Source of the DNA: Candidatus Parcubacteria bacterium
Lineage (GTDB): Bacteria; Patescibacteriota; Patescibacteriia; Patescibacteriales; UBA12465
Assembly: GCA_023444045.1 (NCBI GenBank)
Contig: JAEZRQ010000001.1
Coordinates: forward strand, 66,000-129,999
DNA: 64,000 nt
Reading direction: 5' to 3'
Under the pieces are notes generated by a model. It saw only the letters and a program-made list of their open reading frames with translations, was not told the DNA's origin and ran no database searches. Both the position numbers and the translations under genes were made by a program. Within the stretch, counting starts at the first letter, position 1, and each line of letters begins with the position of its first letter. Positions 46,298 through 55,500 of the stretch are shown in pieces.

Positions 46298-48001
46298 ATG
46301 AAATTTTTAGGGAACAGAACATTTTTAATAATTATCACATTGTTTTTTTTATCTGCGGGGTACATTTTTGCAGATGATGTTTCAAAAGGTTTTCAAAGTT
46401 TAAAAAATGGAGCTAATAATTCTCGGGCTATTTTCTGGAACACCTCTAATGATGTTGCTAATTTATCAGCAACTCCAATTGGGACCTGTATTGAAAATAA
46501 TACTGACAAGGATTATTTTGTGCCCACTAGAACCAAAAAAGAGTGGGATTCTTTTGTGAGTATTGTGGCTAACCCATCAAATACTTTAGGTCTTAAATTA
46601 GTTGGCTGTGATGGCGATAAAGAGTGCCGCATGTCGGCTGGGGAAAATTGTGCGATTGCTCCCAATGATTGTGGTAATTGTGGTAGTTCATGTTCAGGAA
46701 CAATCTCTTACGGTGGCGAAAGTTATGGTTTGGTGCAAATTGGTGGCCAATGTTGGTTAAATAGGAATTTAAATATTGGTTCCAGGGTAAATTTTTCAAC
46801 CTATCAAACTAACAATGGGGTTACTGAAAAATATTGTGTTGGTAATACTGATGATGGTTGTACCGTTTCTGGTGGTCTTTATAGTTATATGGAAGCTATG
46901 AATCATAATTTTACAATCTCCGGCCCCTTTGCCCGTGGTATTTGTCCAGAGGGCTGGCATATTCCAAGTATGTCCGAATTTACTGTTTTAAGAGATTATT
47001 TAGGAGGGGAGACTGTGGCTGGTGGAAAATTAAAGAAAACGGGTACGGGATCAATTACTCCTATTTGGGGATTTGCTACTAATTGGCTTTCACCAAATAC
47101 TGGAGCAACAAACTCTTCTTTGTTTAATGCTGTTCCTGGTAGAATTAATCAAGACAGTGATGCTGGACGGTTAGCTGGATTTAGAACTACAGACATGAGT
47201 AGTTTTTGGTTATTGTCAAATAATTCAACATCTTTTTCTTCAGCAACAATTGACGCAAATTTAGGATTATCTGTTCGTTGTATAAGAGATATTGAAGCTC
47301 AGCGTTTTTTTGTAATTTTCAAAAAGAATGGCAACGGAACTCTCACTGGAAATACAACTCAGATATTATATGGGCCAAACAAAAATGCCGAACCAGTAAC
47401 CGCTTCATCAAATTCAGAATGCTTGTTTGTTAATTGGAGCGATGGTTATGCTGGATATACCAGAAACGTTACGAACGTAACTAATCATATTACGCTAACA
47501 GCTAACTTTAATTGTACTAAATATACTTTACAATATAACACTGCTGGTAGTGGTTCTATCACTGGTAATACCACACAGAGTGTCTTTTCTGGATGGTGTG
47601 GCTCTGCTGTTACTGCCACCCCAGCTCCGGGGTACAAATTCTTTGAGTGGACCGATGGTTCAAAAGCTAATCCAAGAACGGATTGTAATGTGACAGGCAA
47701 CATAAATGTGGCCGCAAAATTTGTGGAGGATGTTGCTGGTTGTGGGGTATGCGGAACAGCTCCTAATAAATCCTATTGTCCAAATTTGTGTTATGATGGA
47801 GGCAGAAACATGACCAATTGTGTTAAGGATTTAGATTGTCATGATGAAGAACAGAATTGTCAACAAGTATATCACCCATGTGTAGTAGGTCAATATCCTT
47901 GCACTCCTTATTATCAAACAATATGTCAATTTGGTGATCCAAGGCTTTGCGATTTTACTTATTATATAGGCAACCCAGATGCTTGGCATTGTGAATATTA
48001 A
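46298..48001 (+). CDS. secreted FISUMP-domain protein with two InlB-B-repeat-like modules and a Cys-rich C-terminus
   Basis: Signal peptide. GLVQIGGQCWLNRNL..GWHIPSMSEF..AGGKLK. Two repeats (GTLTGNTTQ.. and GSITGNTTQ..). 12 Cys in the last ~88 aa. Confidence 0.7.
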   Translation: MKFLGNRTFLIIITLFFLSAGYIFADDVSKGFQSLKNGANNSRAIFWNTSNDVANLSATPIGTCIENNTDKDYFVPTRTKKEWDSFVSIVANPSNTLGLKLVGCDGDKECRMSAGENCAIAPNDCGNCGSSCSGTISYGGESYGLVQIGGQCWLNRNLNIGSRVNFSTYQTNNGVTEKYCVGNTDDGCTVSGGLYSYMEAMNHNFTISGPFARGICPEGWHIPSMSEFTVLRDYLGGETVAGGKLKKTGTGSITPIWGFATNWLSPNTGATNSSLFNAVPGRINQDSDAGRLAGFRTTDMSSFWLLSNNSTSFSSATIDANLGLSVRCIRDIEAQRFFVIFKKNGNGTLTGNTTQILYGPNKNAEPVTASSNSECLFVNWSDGYAGYTRNVTNVTNHITLTANFNCTKYTLQYNTAGSGSITGNTTQSVFSGWCGSAVTATPAPGYKFFEWTDGSKANPRTDCNVTGNINVAAKFVEDVAGCGVCGTAPNKSYCPNLCYDGGRNMTNCVKDLDCHDEEQNCQQVYHPCVVGQYPCTPYYQTICQFGDPRLCDFTYYIGNPDAWHCEY

Positions 48002-48010
48002 TCAACATCT

Positions 48011-48415
48011 ATGAATAAAAAGAAAATAGTAATAGTAATAATTTCTTTCATCATTTTTATTTCTATTATCTTGTTTGCAATTATCTTTAATAAAAGAAGA
48101 TCCCTAACCCCAGGAGAAGGGTCTAATTTAAAGGTAGATACTCTTGCTCAAGAGGAAATAACTTCTCTTAATGAATACCGGTTGGGTGTTTATGAAGTTG
48201 TTTCTAGGGATGATAACGGAGAGCCGTTGGGGTATAGATTAACCGGGTCCAGAGAAGAAGAGCCAATAGAGCTAGAGATAATGGATGATTTAGAAAAAGC
48301 AAAAATCGGCGCCCCTATGGGCGAAAAGATCCAGGTTTTACAACGTGATTCTAGCGGCAACGTTTCTTCATATCGCTTAATTAAAGATGACTCTGATATA
48401 GTGACCAAATATTAA
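48011..48415 (+). CDS. hypothetical membrane-anchored protein
   Basis: 134-aa ORF with an N-terminal TM segment, starting 9 nt after the upstream stop. Confidence 0.55.
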   Translation: MNKKKIVIVIISFIIFISIILFAIIFNKRRSLTPGEGSNLKVDTLAQEEITSLNEYRLGVYEVVSRDDNGEPLGYRLTGSREEEPIELEIMDDLEKAKIGAPMGEKIQVLQRDSSGNVSSYRLIKDDSDIVTKY

Positions 48416-48427
48416 ACCAAAATCCCT

Positions 48428-48447
48428 CCCCTCAAGGAGGGGTTTTT
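48428..48447 (+). terminator. intrinsic terminator
   Basis: CCCCTC / GAGGGG stem with an AAG loop, then T5. Confidence 0.7.
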
Positions 48448-48454
48448 GATACCC

Positions 48455-48482
48455 TTGCCAAAATCATAAAAACCTGTATAAT
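48455..48482 (+). promoter_or_regulatory. rpsA promoter
   Basis: TTGCCA (48455-48460), 16 nt, TG-n-TATAAT (48477-48482). It leaves a ~140-nt structured leader. Confidence 0.6.
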
Positions 48483-48625
48483 TTAAAGGAATTAAATAAA
48501 GGCTCAAAATTACTCTGGGTAATAAAAGCGAAAATATCGCTTCCGGGCGCCTAGAGACTAATCCGCAAGGATTGGTTAAGACCGCTTTTTTTATTAGCAA
48601 ATTTAGAAAGTAGTCTCTTAAATAT

Positions 48626-49795
48626 ATGGAAAATGATTTTGGAAAATTGTTAGAGAAAGACGATATCCGCATCCCACAGGTGGGCGATATTGTTAAGGGT
48701 GTAGTTATTACCGCCTCTAAATCAGAGGTAAGATTAGATATTGATGGTGTTTTAATGGGTATTGTACGTGGACCAGAGCTTTATTCTGAAGTTCCTGAGT
48801 TTGCTAATTTAAAACCAGGCGATGAAATTGAGGCAGCGGTTATTGATGAGGAAAATGAGAATGGTGAACTAGAATTATCATTTAAAACCGTTGGTCAGGA
48901 AAAAGCTTGGAATAATCTACGCCAGGCTTTCAAAGACAAGAGCACAATTAAGGTTAAAATTATTGATGCTAATAAAGGCGGTCTAATGGCTCGTTATTGC
49001 CAAATTAATGGTTTCTTACCAGTTTCTCAGTTAGCTCCAGAAAACTATCCTAGAATTAGTGGCGGCGACAAGAGCAAAATTTTAGAAAAGTTAAAGAGTT
49101 TTGTTGGTATGGAATTTGAAACCAACGTGATGACTTTAAACGAAGAAGAAAATAAAATTATTTTCTCCGAAAAAGATGTTTGGAATCGTCGTCAAAAACC
49201 AACTCTAGATAAATACAAAGTTGGTATGGAAGTTGAGGGTAAGATTACCGCGATTACTAACTTTGGTGTTTTTGTTAACTTTGATGATGGCATGGAAGGC
49301 TTAATTCATATCTCTGAGCTTGCTTGGCAGAGAATTGATTCTCCAAGTGAACTTTATAAAGTAAATGACAAGATTAAAGCAGAAATCGTGACCATTGATG
49401 GTTCAAAGATTTTCTTAAGTGCTAAAAAGTTAATGCAAGATCCTTGGCTTGAAGCTAGTGCTAAATATAAAATTGGCCAAACCGTAGCCGGTACAATCTT
49501 AAAAGTGAATCCTTTCGGTTTATTTGTTAAGCTTGATGAGGAAATTCACGGCTTAGCTCATATCAGCCAACTAGGACTGACTGCTAAAGATAAAATCTCT
49601 GACTTATATAAGGTTGATGAGGTGCGTGATTTTGAAGTAGTTAATATTTCTCCAGCTGAACACCGTTTAGGTCTTAAATTAGCCGGTGTAATTAGTGAAG
49701 AGGTGGTTAGTGAGAAAGCTGAAGAAAAGAAAGAAGAAAAGGCTGAAAAGAAAGAAAAGGCAGTTAAGAAAAAAGCAACCAAAAAAGCTGAATAA
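48626..49795 (+). CDS. rpsA: 30S ribosomal protein S1 (four S1 domains, Lys/Glu-rich tail)
   Basis: Four repeats of the GxxVxGxV...GLxHISE pattern (e.g. GMEVEGKITAITNFGVFVNFDDGMEGLIHISEL). Confidence 0.85.
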   Translation: MENDFGKLLEKDDIRIPQVGDIVKGVVITASKSEVRLDIDGVLMGIVRGPELYSEVPEFANLKPGDEIEAAVIDEENENGELELSFKTVGQEKAWNNLRQAFKDKSTIKVKIIDANKGGLMARYCQINGFLPVSQLAPENYPRISGGDKSKILEKLKSFVGMEFETNVMTLNEEENKIIFSEKDVWNRRQKPTLDKYKVGMEVEGKITAITNFGVFVNFDDGMEGLIHISELAWQRIDSPSELYKVNDKIKAEIVTIDGSKIFLSAKKLMQDPWLEASAKYKIGQTVAGTILKVNPFGLFVKLDEEIHGLAHISQLGLTAKDKISDLYKVDEVRDFEVVNISPAEHRLGLKLAGVISEEVVSEKAEEKKEEKAEKKEKAVKKKATKKAE

Positions 49796-49820
49796 TTATT
49801 TATAGATGTATCTTTAAAAA

Positions 49821-49846
49821 GCTCCGGGCGACCGGAGTTTTTTTTG
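49821..49846 (+). terminator. intrinsic terminator
   Basis: CTCCGG / CCGGAG stem, then T8. Confidence 0.8.
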
Positions 49847-49938
49847 GTTTGCCAGATCTTTATTTGACTATATTCAAAATATATTGTATTATTTAATGAT
49901 TTTGAACATTAAAAATTAAAATAATAGGAGATAAAAGG

Positions 49939-50487
49939 ATGGATAAAAAAGATTGTAATCAAAAAAACTTCTTTAACTCATTAAGAGGTGAAAGAAGCAA
50001 AAAAGCTGATGATTTGCATCGGCTTTTGAGACAGAAAGGGGTTAATTTTGCCACTGGTATTCCATGTGGGGTGCTACGTGAAATTATTGGTAATTTAATA
50101 AACGATTCAAATATTTTACATATTGTTGCTAATCGTGAATCAGAGGCTGTTGGCATTGCTGCTGGGGCTTATTTTTCTGGTAAGATGCCAATAGTGTATA
50201 TGCAGAATTCTGGATTGTTTGCTTCTTCAAATGATATCGCCTCATTATTAATGCCATATAGAATTCCAATTCTATTTGTTGTTACTTACCGTGGGTGTGA
50301 GGGTGAGGATGCCGTACAACATTTTGTTACTGGTGGTGCTACAGAGAAATTATTGACATCATTTGACTTGTCTTATTTGGTTTATGAAAAACAAGACTTA
50401 AATGTTTTAGTAAATCAAATTTTTTCTAGAATGCAGGAGACTAGTTTACCTTTTGTATTATTATTAAAGAGAGGGTGGAACCTATGA
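49939..50487 (+). CDS. TPP-dependent decarboxylase, alpha (PYR-domain) subunit, sulfopyruvate/phosphonopyruvate decarboxylase type
   Basis: GVNFATGIPCGVLREII..ANRESEAVGIAAGAYFSGKMPIVYMQNSGL resembles ComD/Ppd N-terminal halves. Confidence 0.65.
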   Translation: MDKKDCNQKNFFNSLRGERSKKADDLHRLLRQKGVNFATGIPCGVLREIIGNLINDSNILHIVANRESEAVGIAAGAYFSGKMPIVYMQNSGLFASSNDIASLLMPYRIPILFVVTYRGCEGEDAVQHFVTGGATEKLLTSFDLSYLVYEKQDLNVLVNQIFSRMQETSLPFVLLLKRGWNL

Positions 50488-51047
50488 AAAGAAAAGAGGC
50501 TATTGAATCAATTTTCAACACAATAAGTGATGTTGATGTTACTGTTTCAACCACGGGGCTTATTTCTAGGGAAATTTATTCTAAGTTTGACTCCCCTAGA
50601 AATATTTATGTTCCTGGTTCAATGGGGCTTGTTTCATCTATTGGGTTAGCTATTGCTCTTTGCCATCAAGAAAAACGAGTTTTTGTAATTGATGGTGATG
50701 CTAGTCTGTTAATGAATCTGGGAAGTTTAGTAACTATTGGAGCAAATAAACCAACTAATCTAGTGCATGTTGTATTGGATAATGGTGTTTATGGTTCTTG
50801 TAGTGAAGAAAAATCTTTGTCATATTTTGCTAATTTTGCTAAAATAGCCAAAGATGTTGGGTATCAACATGTAATAACAGCTAAATCGGCTAAAAAATTA
50901 AAAGAGGCAATACAGTTTTGTGCCAATGGACCTGTTTTTATCTTAGTTAAGATTAAAGTGGGTGGCCGGAGAGATTTTTCTCGTCCATTAAGGTTGGTAG
51001 AGATAAAAGTAAGATTTATGAATTTTTTATTAAATAATAAAAGTTAA
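50484..51047 (+). CDS. TPP-dependent decarboxylase, beta (PP-domain) subunit
   Basis: TPP-binding motif IDGDASLLMNLGSL..VVLDNGVYGS. The ATG at 50484 overlaps the alpha-subunit stop (ATGA); the track starts at a GTG at 50475. Confidence 0.65.
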   Translation: MKRKEAIESIFNTISDVDVTVSTTGLISREIYSKFDSPRNIYVPGSMGLVSSIGLAIALCHQEKRVFVIDGDASLLMNLGSLVTIGANKPTNLVHVVLDNGVYGSCSEEKSLSYFANFAKIAKDVGYQHVITAKSAKKLKEAIQFCANGPVFILVKIKVGGRRDFSRPLRLVEIKVRFMNFLLNNKS

Positions 51048-51060
51048 AGGAGATAAGATT

Positions 51061-51885
51061 ATGATTTTTCAAGGAGAAAAAATGTTTGACGCGTCATTTG
51101 ATATTTTTGCAAATAATTATGATGACGTTCGCCCAGGATATCCGGCCCAGATGTATAATGATATTCAAAAAATCTGTGCAGTATCAGACCAATCTAATTT
51201 ATTAGAAATAGGGGCCGGTAGTGGAATTGCTACTGTTGAGCTAGCAAAGCTTAACTGTAGAATTATTGGCATTGAACCTGGCTCTAATTTGGTAGTAATT
51301 GCCAAACAAAAAACTGCAGAATATTCTAATGTTGAAATTAGAGAAGTAATGTTTGAAGAATTTGAAACAAAAGAAAAATTTAACACTATTTTGGCTCTAA
51401 CTTCATTTCATTGGATTAGTGAGTATATGAAGTATAAGAAAGTTTTTGACTTATTAGATGACAATGGCAGTTTTGTTTTAGTTTGGAATAGTTTTTTTCA
51501 ATCAGATTCACCTGTTGCTCAGGAGATAAATGCACTTTATCAAGAGATTTTGCCTGACGTTTATCCTGCCAGTGATATAAATGTTAATGATGCGGTTCTA
51601 CAAAAGTTAAACGGAAGAGAGAAAGAAATTCATGACAGTGATTTGTTTTATATTCATTTTTTAAGGAAATATGTCACTGTTTGTAATTATGACTCTGATA
51701 CTTATCCAAAGTTACTCAATACTTTTCCAAAAATAATTAAAACAGATAAAAAGCGTCGCCAAGAATTTTTGGATCGTGTCGGCTTAATTGTTAAAAAATA
51801 TGGAAAAATATCAATTCCTCTTTTAACAACTTTAATTATTTGTAAGAAAAGAGATAACTTTCTTAGTTCTGTTTCTAAACTCTAA
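51061..51885 (+). CDS. class I SAM-dependent methyltransferase
   Basis: Motif I LLEIGAGSGIAT. An AAGGAG SD lies upstream. Confidence 0.7.
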   Translation: MIFQGEKMFDASFDIFANNYDDVRPGYPAQMYNDIQKICAVSDQSNLLEIGAGSGIATVELAKLNCRIIGIEPGSNLVVIAKQKTAEYSNVEIREVMFEEFETKEKFNTILALTSFHWISEYMKYKKVFDLLDDNGSFVLVWNSFFQSDSPVAQEINALYQEILPDVYPASDINVNDAVLQKLNGREKEIHDSDLFYIHFLRKYVTVCNYDSDTYPKLLNTFPKIIKTDKKRRQEFLDRVGLIVKKYGKISIPLLTTLIICKKRDNFLSSVSKL

Positions 51886-51905
51886 GAAGTTGAAAAGAAA
51901 GAAAA

Positions 51906-51938
51906 AGCTGCAGTCAATAATTGATTGCGGCTTTTTTT
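51906..51938 (+). terminator. intrinsic terminator
   Basis: 12-bp stem (51906-51917 / 51921-51932), then T7. Confidence 0.8.
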
Positions 51939-51997
51939 GTTAGTCGTTATAATTAAGGTATTAAATAGCCTGTAATATTTGAAGCTAGCTAACGTTA

Positions 51998-52573
51998 TTG
52001 CTTATGGAGGAGAGTAATTCTAAAATTAAATTAGAGAACGAAAACATGCTAGTAAAACAGGCCAGAACTGATGACCGTGCTTTTGAAATTTTATATAATT
52101 TTTATTTTTCTAAAATTTATTTTTTTATTTTTAAAAGAATTGGCCAGAAAGAGGTTGCTGAAGATTTAGTATCGGCCACTTTTATGAAGGTTTTCACTGG
52201 TCTTAATAAGTTTGTAGCTAAAAATGAAAATTCTTTTGCCGCTTGGGTTTATCAGATTGCTGGTAATAATATAGTTGATTATTATCGTCGTCAAAAAAAG
52301 TATTTAAGCACTGATATTAGTAGCATCACTGAGCCGGTGGACCTAAGCCAAAATCTGGAAGAAGATTTAGTGAAAAATTTAAACCGTGACTTAGTAGCTA
52401 AGGTTTTAACTAAATTATCAGAGCATGACCAGAAGATTCTCCAATTAAAGTTTTTTGCAGATTTAGACAACACGGAAATCGCTCAAATACTGGAAACAAA
52501 GCCAAACAACGTCGGCGTTTGGCTGTTTAGGGCGCTTAAAAGATTTCAAAAAGAATACCAAAAATATGAATAA
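51998..52573 (+). CDS. ECF-type sigma-70 family RNA polymerase sigma factor
   Basis: Region 2 (FAAWVYQIAGNNIVDYYRR) and region 4 HTH (LDNTEIAQILETKPNNVGVWLFRALKRF). The start is either the TTG at 51998 or the ATG at 52004. Confidence 0.8.
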   Translation: MLMEESNSKIKLENENMLVKQARTDDRAFEILYNFYFSKIYFFIFKRIGQKEVAEDLVSATFMKVFTGLNKFVAKNENSFAAWVYQIAGNNIVDYYRRQKKYLSTDISSITEPVDLSQNLEEDLVKNLNRDLVAKVLTKLSEHDQKILQLKFFADLDNTEIAQILETKPNNVGVWLFRALKRFQKEYQKYE

Positions 52574-55500
52574 AGATAAGCTGGAAAAATTTAATGATTC
52601 TTTAGAAAAGGGGGTGTTTGTTACCGGGTGTAATGATCCAGAAATTTTAGCGTTATTAAAGGCAGGAGAGCAAATTAAAAACTCTGCCTTTAATAACTCA
52701 GCCCCTGATGATAATTTTAAAGACCGCCTTAAAAGGGATATCGCGGCCAAACGTCAAGCTGATTTTTTGACTATGAAAAATAAAATTAACAGATTTTTTG
52801 AGAATTTTAATTCACAAATTAATCGCAAAAGACTATACCCAGTAATAGCTTCTTTATTGATAGTGGCGGTGGTCATGCTGACTTTTAAGTTTTGGCCTAA
52901 TAATAGTTTTTCGCCTTTAACTATTGAAGCTGCCTATGCTCATGATAATTTTACTGTTGAGCCGACTGCTGGCGGAGAATTGGGGGTTGAAAATGACACC
53001 CAGTTTATTATTAAGAGTAAGACCCCGATTACTAGCACTGATTCTTTAAGAGATAATATTACTTTATTTCCCACAACTAACTTTGAATTAAAAAAAGTAA
53101 GCGATTATGAATTTCATTTGATGCCAGAAAATAAATTAAGTGACAAGACTGTTTATCGTTTACAAATTGCCTCAACCTATATTAATGATAATGGACTGAC
53201 TGTTGATTATGATTATTCCTGGGCCTTTCAAGTAAAGGACGTTTTTAAGGTTATTGGCTCTATTCCAACTGACCGTTCTAAGGCTCCAGCCAATACTGGC
53301 ATTGAAATTAATTTTAGTACTGATAGTTTTACTGATTTTGAGGAGGCTTTTAAAATCAGCCCGGCAGTTAGCGGCCGCTTTGAAAAACATAATCGTACCA
53401 TGGTCTTTGTCCCTGAAAAACCTTTGACAGCTGGTGTTTTATATACGGTAACAGTTGATAAAAAAGTTAAAAACTCTATTAGTGGTGAAAACTTATCTGA
53501 AGATTTCCGTTTTCAATTTGAGGTTCAAGGTGTCACCTCAAAAACAGTAATTAGTTTTGTTGAAGATAGTGCAGAATTTTCCAGTACTCAAAATCCTGCT
53601 TTTGGTATTTATTTTAATCAGGGTCAGGCTGATCAAAAAATTACCACTAAAGTATATAATTTTCACAAATTGGATGATTACACAGAAGCTTTAGAAAAAT
53701 ATTATGAAATCCCTTATTGGAGTGATACTCGTTTTAATTTTAAACCAGACTATTCTAAGTTATCACTAGCAGCTACTTATGAGTTATCAGCGGTTGAAAG
53801 TGATGGTCGCCGCTTCCTTGTTTTGCCAAATAATTTACCGGTTGGTTATTACCTAATTGAAGCTAAGGTTGGCGACAGTTATGCCAAAACTTTTGTCCAA
53901 ATTTCAGATATTTCCGCTTATGCTAGCGTGACCACCGATAAAACAATCTTTTGGATAAATAGCGTAGCTGACAAAAAGCTATCTGATATTAAGGTGACTA
54001 ATTTAAACAGTGAAGAAACTGTTACCGCTAAAGATAACGTTGCTATTTTTAATAATAGTGAAAAAGGTACGGAAAGTGAGATTTTTGTTGTTAGTGCTGC
54101 TGGTGAAAATTTAGTTGTCGGTCTTAGATCAGATAATTTTTGGCGCAATGAGTCTACCAATGATGAATATTGGAATTACATATATACTGATCGCAGTTTG
54201 TATCAACCAAATGATGAAATTAATTTCTGGGGCTTAACTAGATCCAGATTAAACGATTCTAGTACTTTTAATAAGGAGGTAGAAGTTTCTCTTTTTAGTT
54301 ATGATTTTCGTGGTTTTTACCAAGAACCGGTTGCCATTGCTAAGCAAAAAATTAAAACAGATAATCAGGGCTTTTTTATTGGTAAACTAAAAATAAGCAA
54401 TCTAACTCCTAAAAACTATTATCTTAAAGTAACAATGGATGGGCGCGATGTGTCTGTTGACCATTATATTGCTATTACTGATTATGTTAAACCAGCTTAT
54501 ATGATTAGCGCTGAGCCTGAGTCTAAAGCCGTTTTAGCTGGTGATAAGATTAAATATCAAATAAAAAGTACTTTCTTTGAGGGGACGCCGCTGCCAAATA
54601 ACCCTTTAGTAGTTAATTATGAAAATACCAGTAAAGAGGTAAAAACCGATTCTCAAGGGGTGGCCAAGATGGAATACACCGCAAACTGTAGCTGTTCTGA
54701 GAATTGGTGTCCAGCTTCTTGTGAAAAATATTTATCCGCTAATCCTAAACTATCTGAGGCCGGTGAAATCGCTGGCTATGGAAGAGTTGAAGTCTTTCGT
54801 TCTTTAGTGGAATTTAGCGCTGTTAAAATTAATCAAATTCCTGGCAAAAATCAAGTGAGAATTGAGGCTGGTTTATACAATGTTGACCTAAATAATGAAG
54901 CAAATAATTGGCGAGGGCAAGTGGCTTCCGGACATCAGATAGAAGCTCAAATTACCCAAATAGAATATATCGCCTATCAAACTGGAACTTATTATGATTT
55001 TATTAATAAAACTTCCTCTCCCACCTATCGCTATGAAACTAAAAGGACACCAAAGGGAAACAAAAGTTTCATAACCAATAATGATGGACAAGGAGTTTTA
55101 GAATTTGATATTGACCCAAAATATTCTTATGAAATAAAACTAAGTGCCTCGGATAAGAATCAGAACTTTGTTTATAGTAATTTATATTTTAGCTCTCTTG
55201 AAGGTAGAAGTAACCCGGGGTACAAATATTACTATTTAATGCCTGAGGTTTTATCAGAAAGTGGTTATGATTTAGGTGAGAAAGTGAATCTAAAAATTGT
55301 TGGTGATGGTGGTGACTTAAAGGAAAATGGTAAATTTTTATTTCTTGAACTACAAAATGGTCTAAAAAATTATCAAATAAATGATGCCCCTAAAACCAGT
55401 TTTACTCTTTCAGATAATAATCTGCCTAACATGCACATTGGAGCTATCTGGTTTGATGGTAATACCTATTATTCTGTCTCTGAATTTAATATACGTTTTA

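Noticed and set aside
48412-48672. 86-aa minus-strand ORF between the 134-aa gene and rpsA.
   Set aside because: It spans a terminator, a promoter and the structured rpsA leader, and it overlaps the rpsA start. It has no start context, so it is most likely non-coding.
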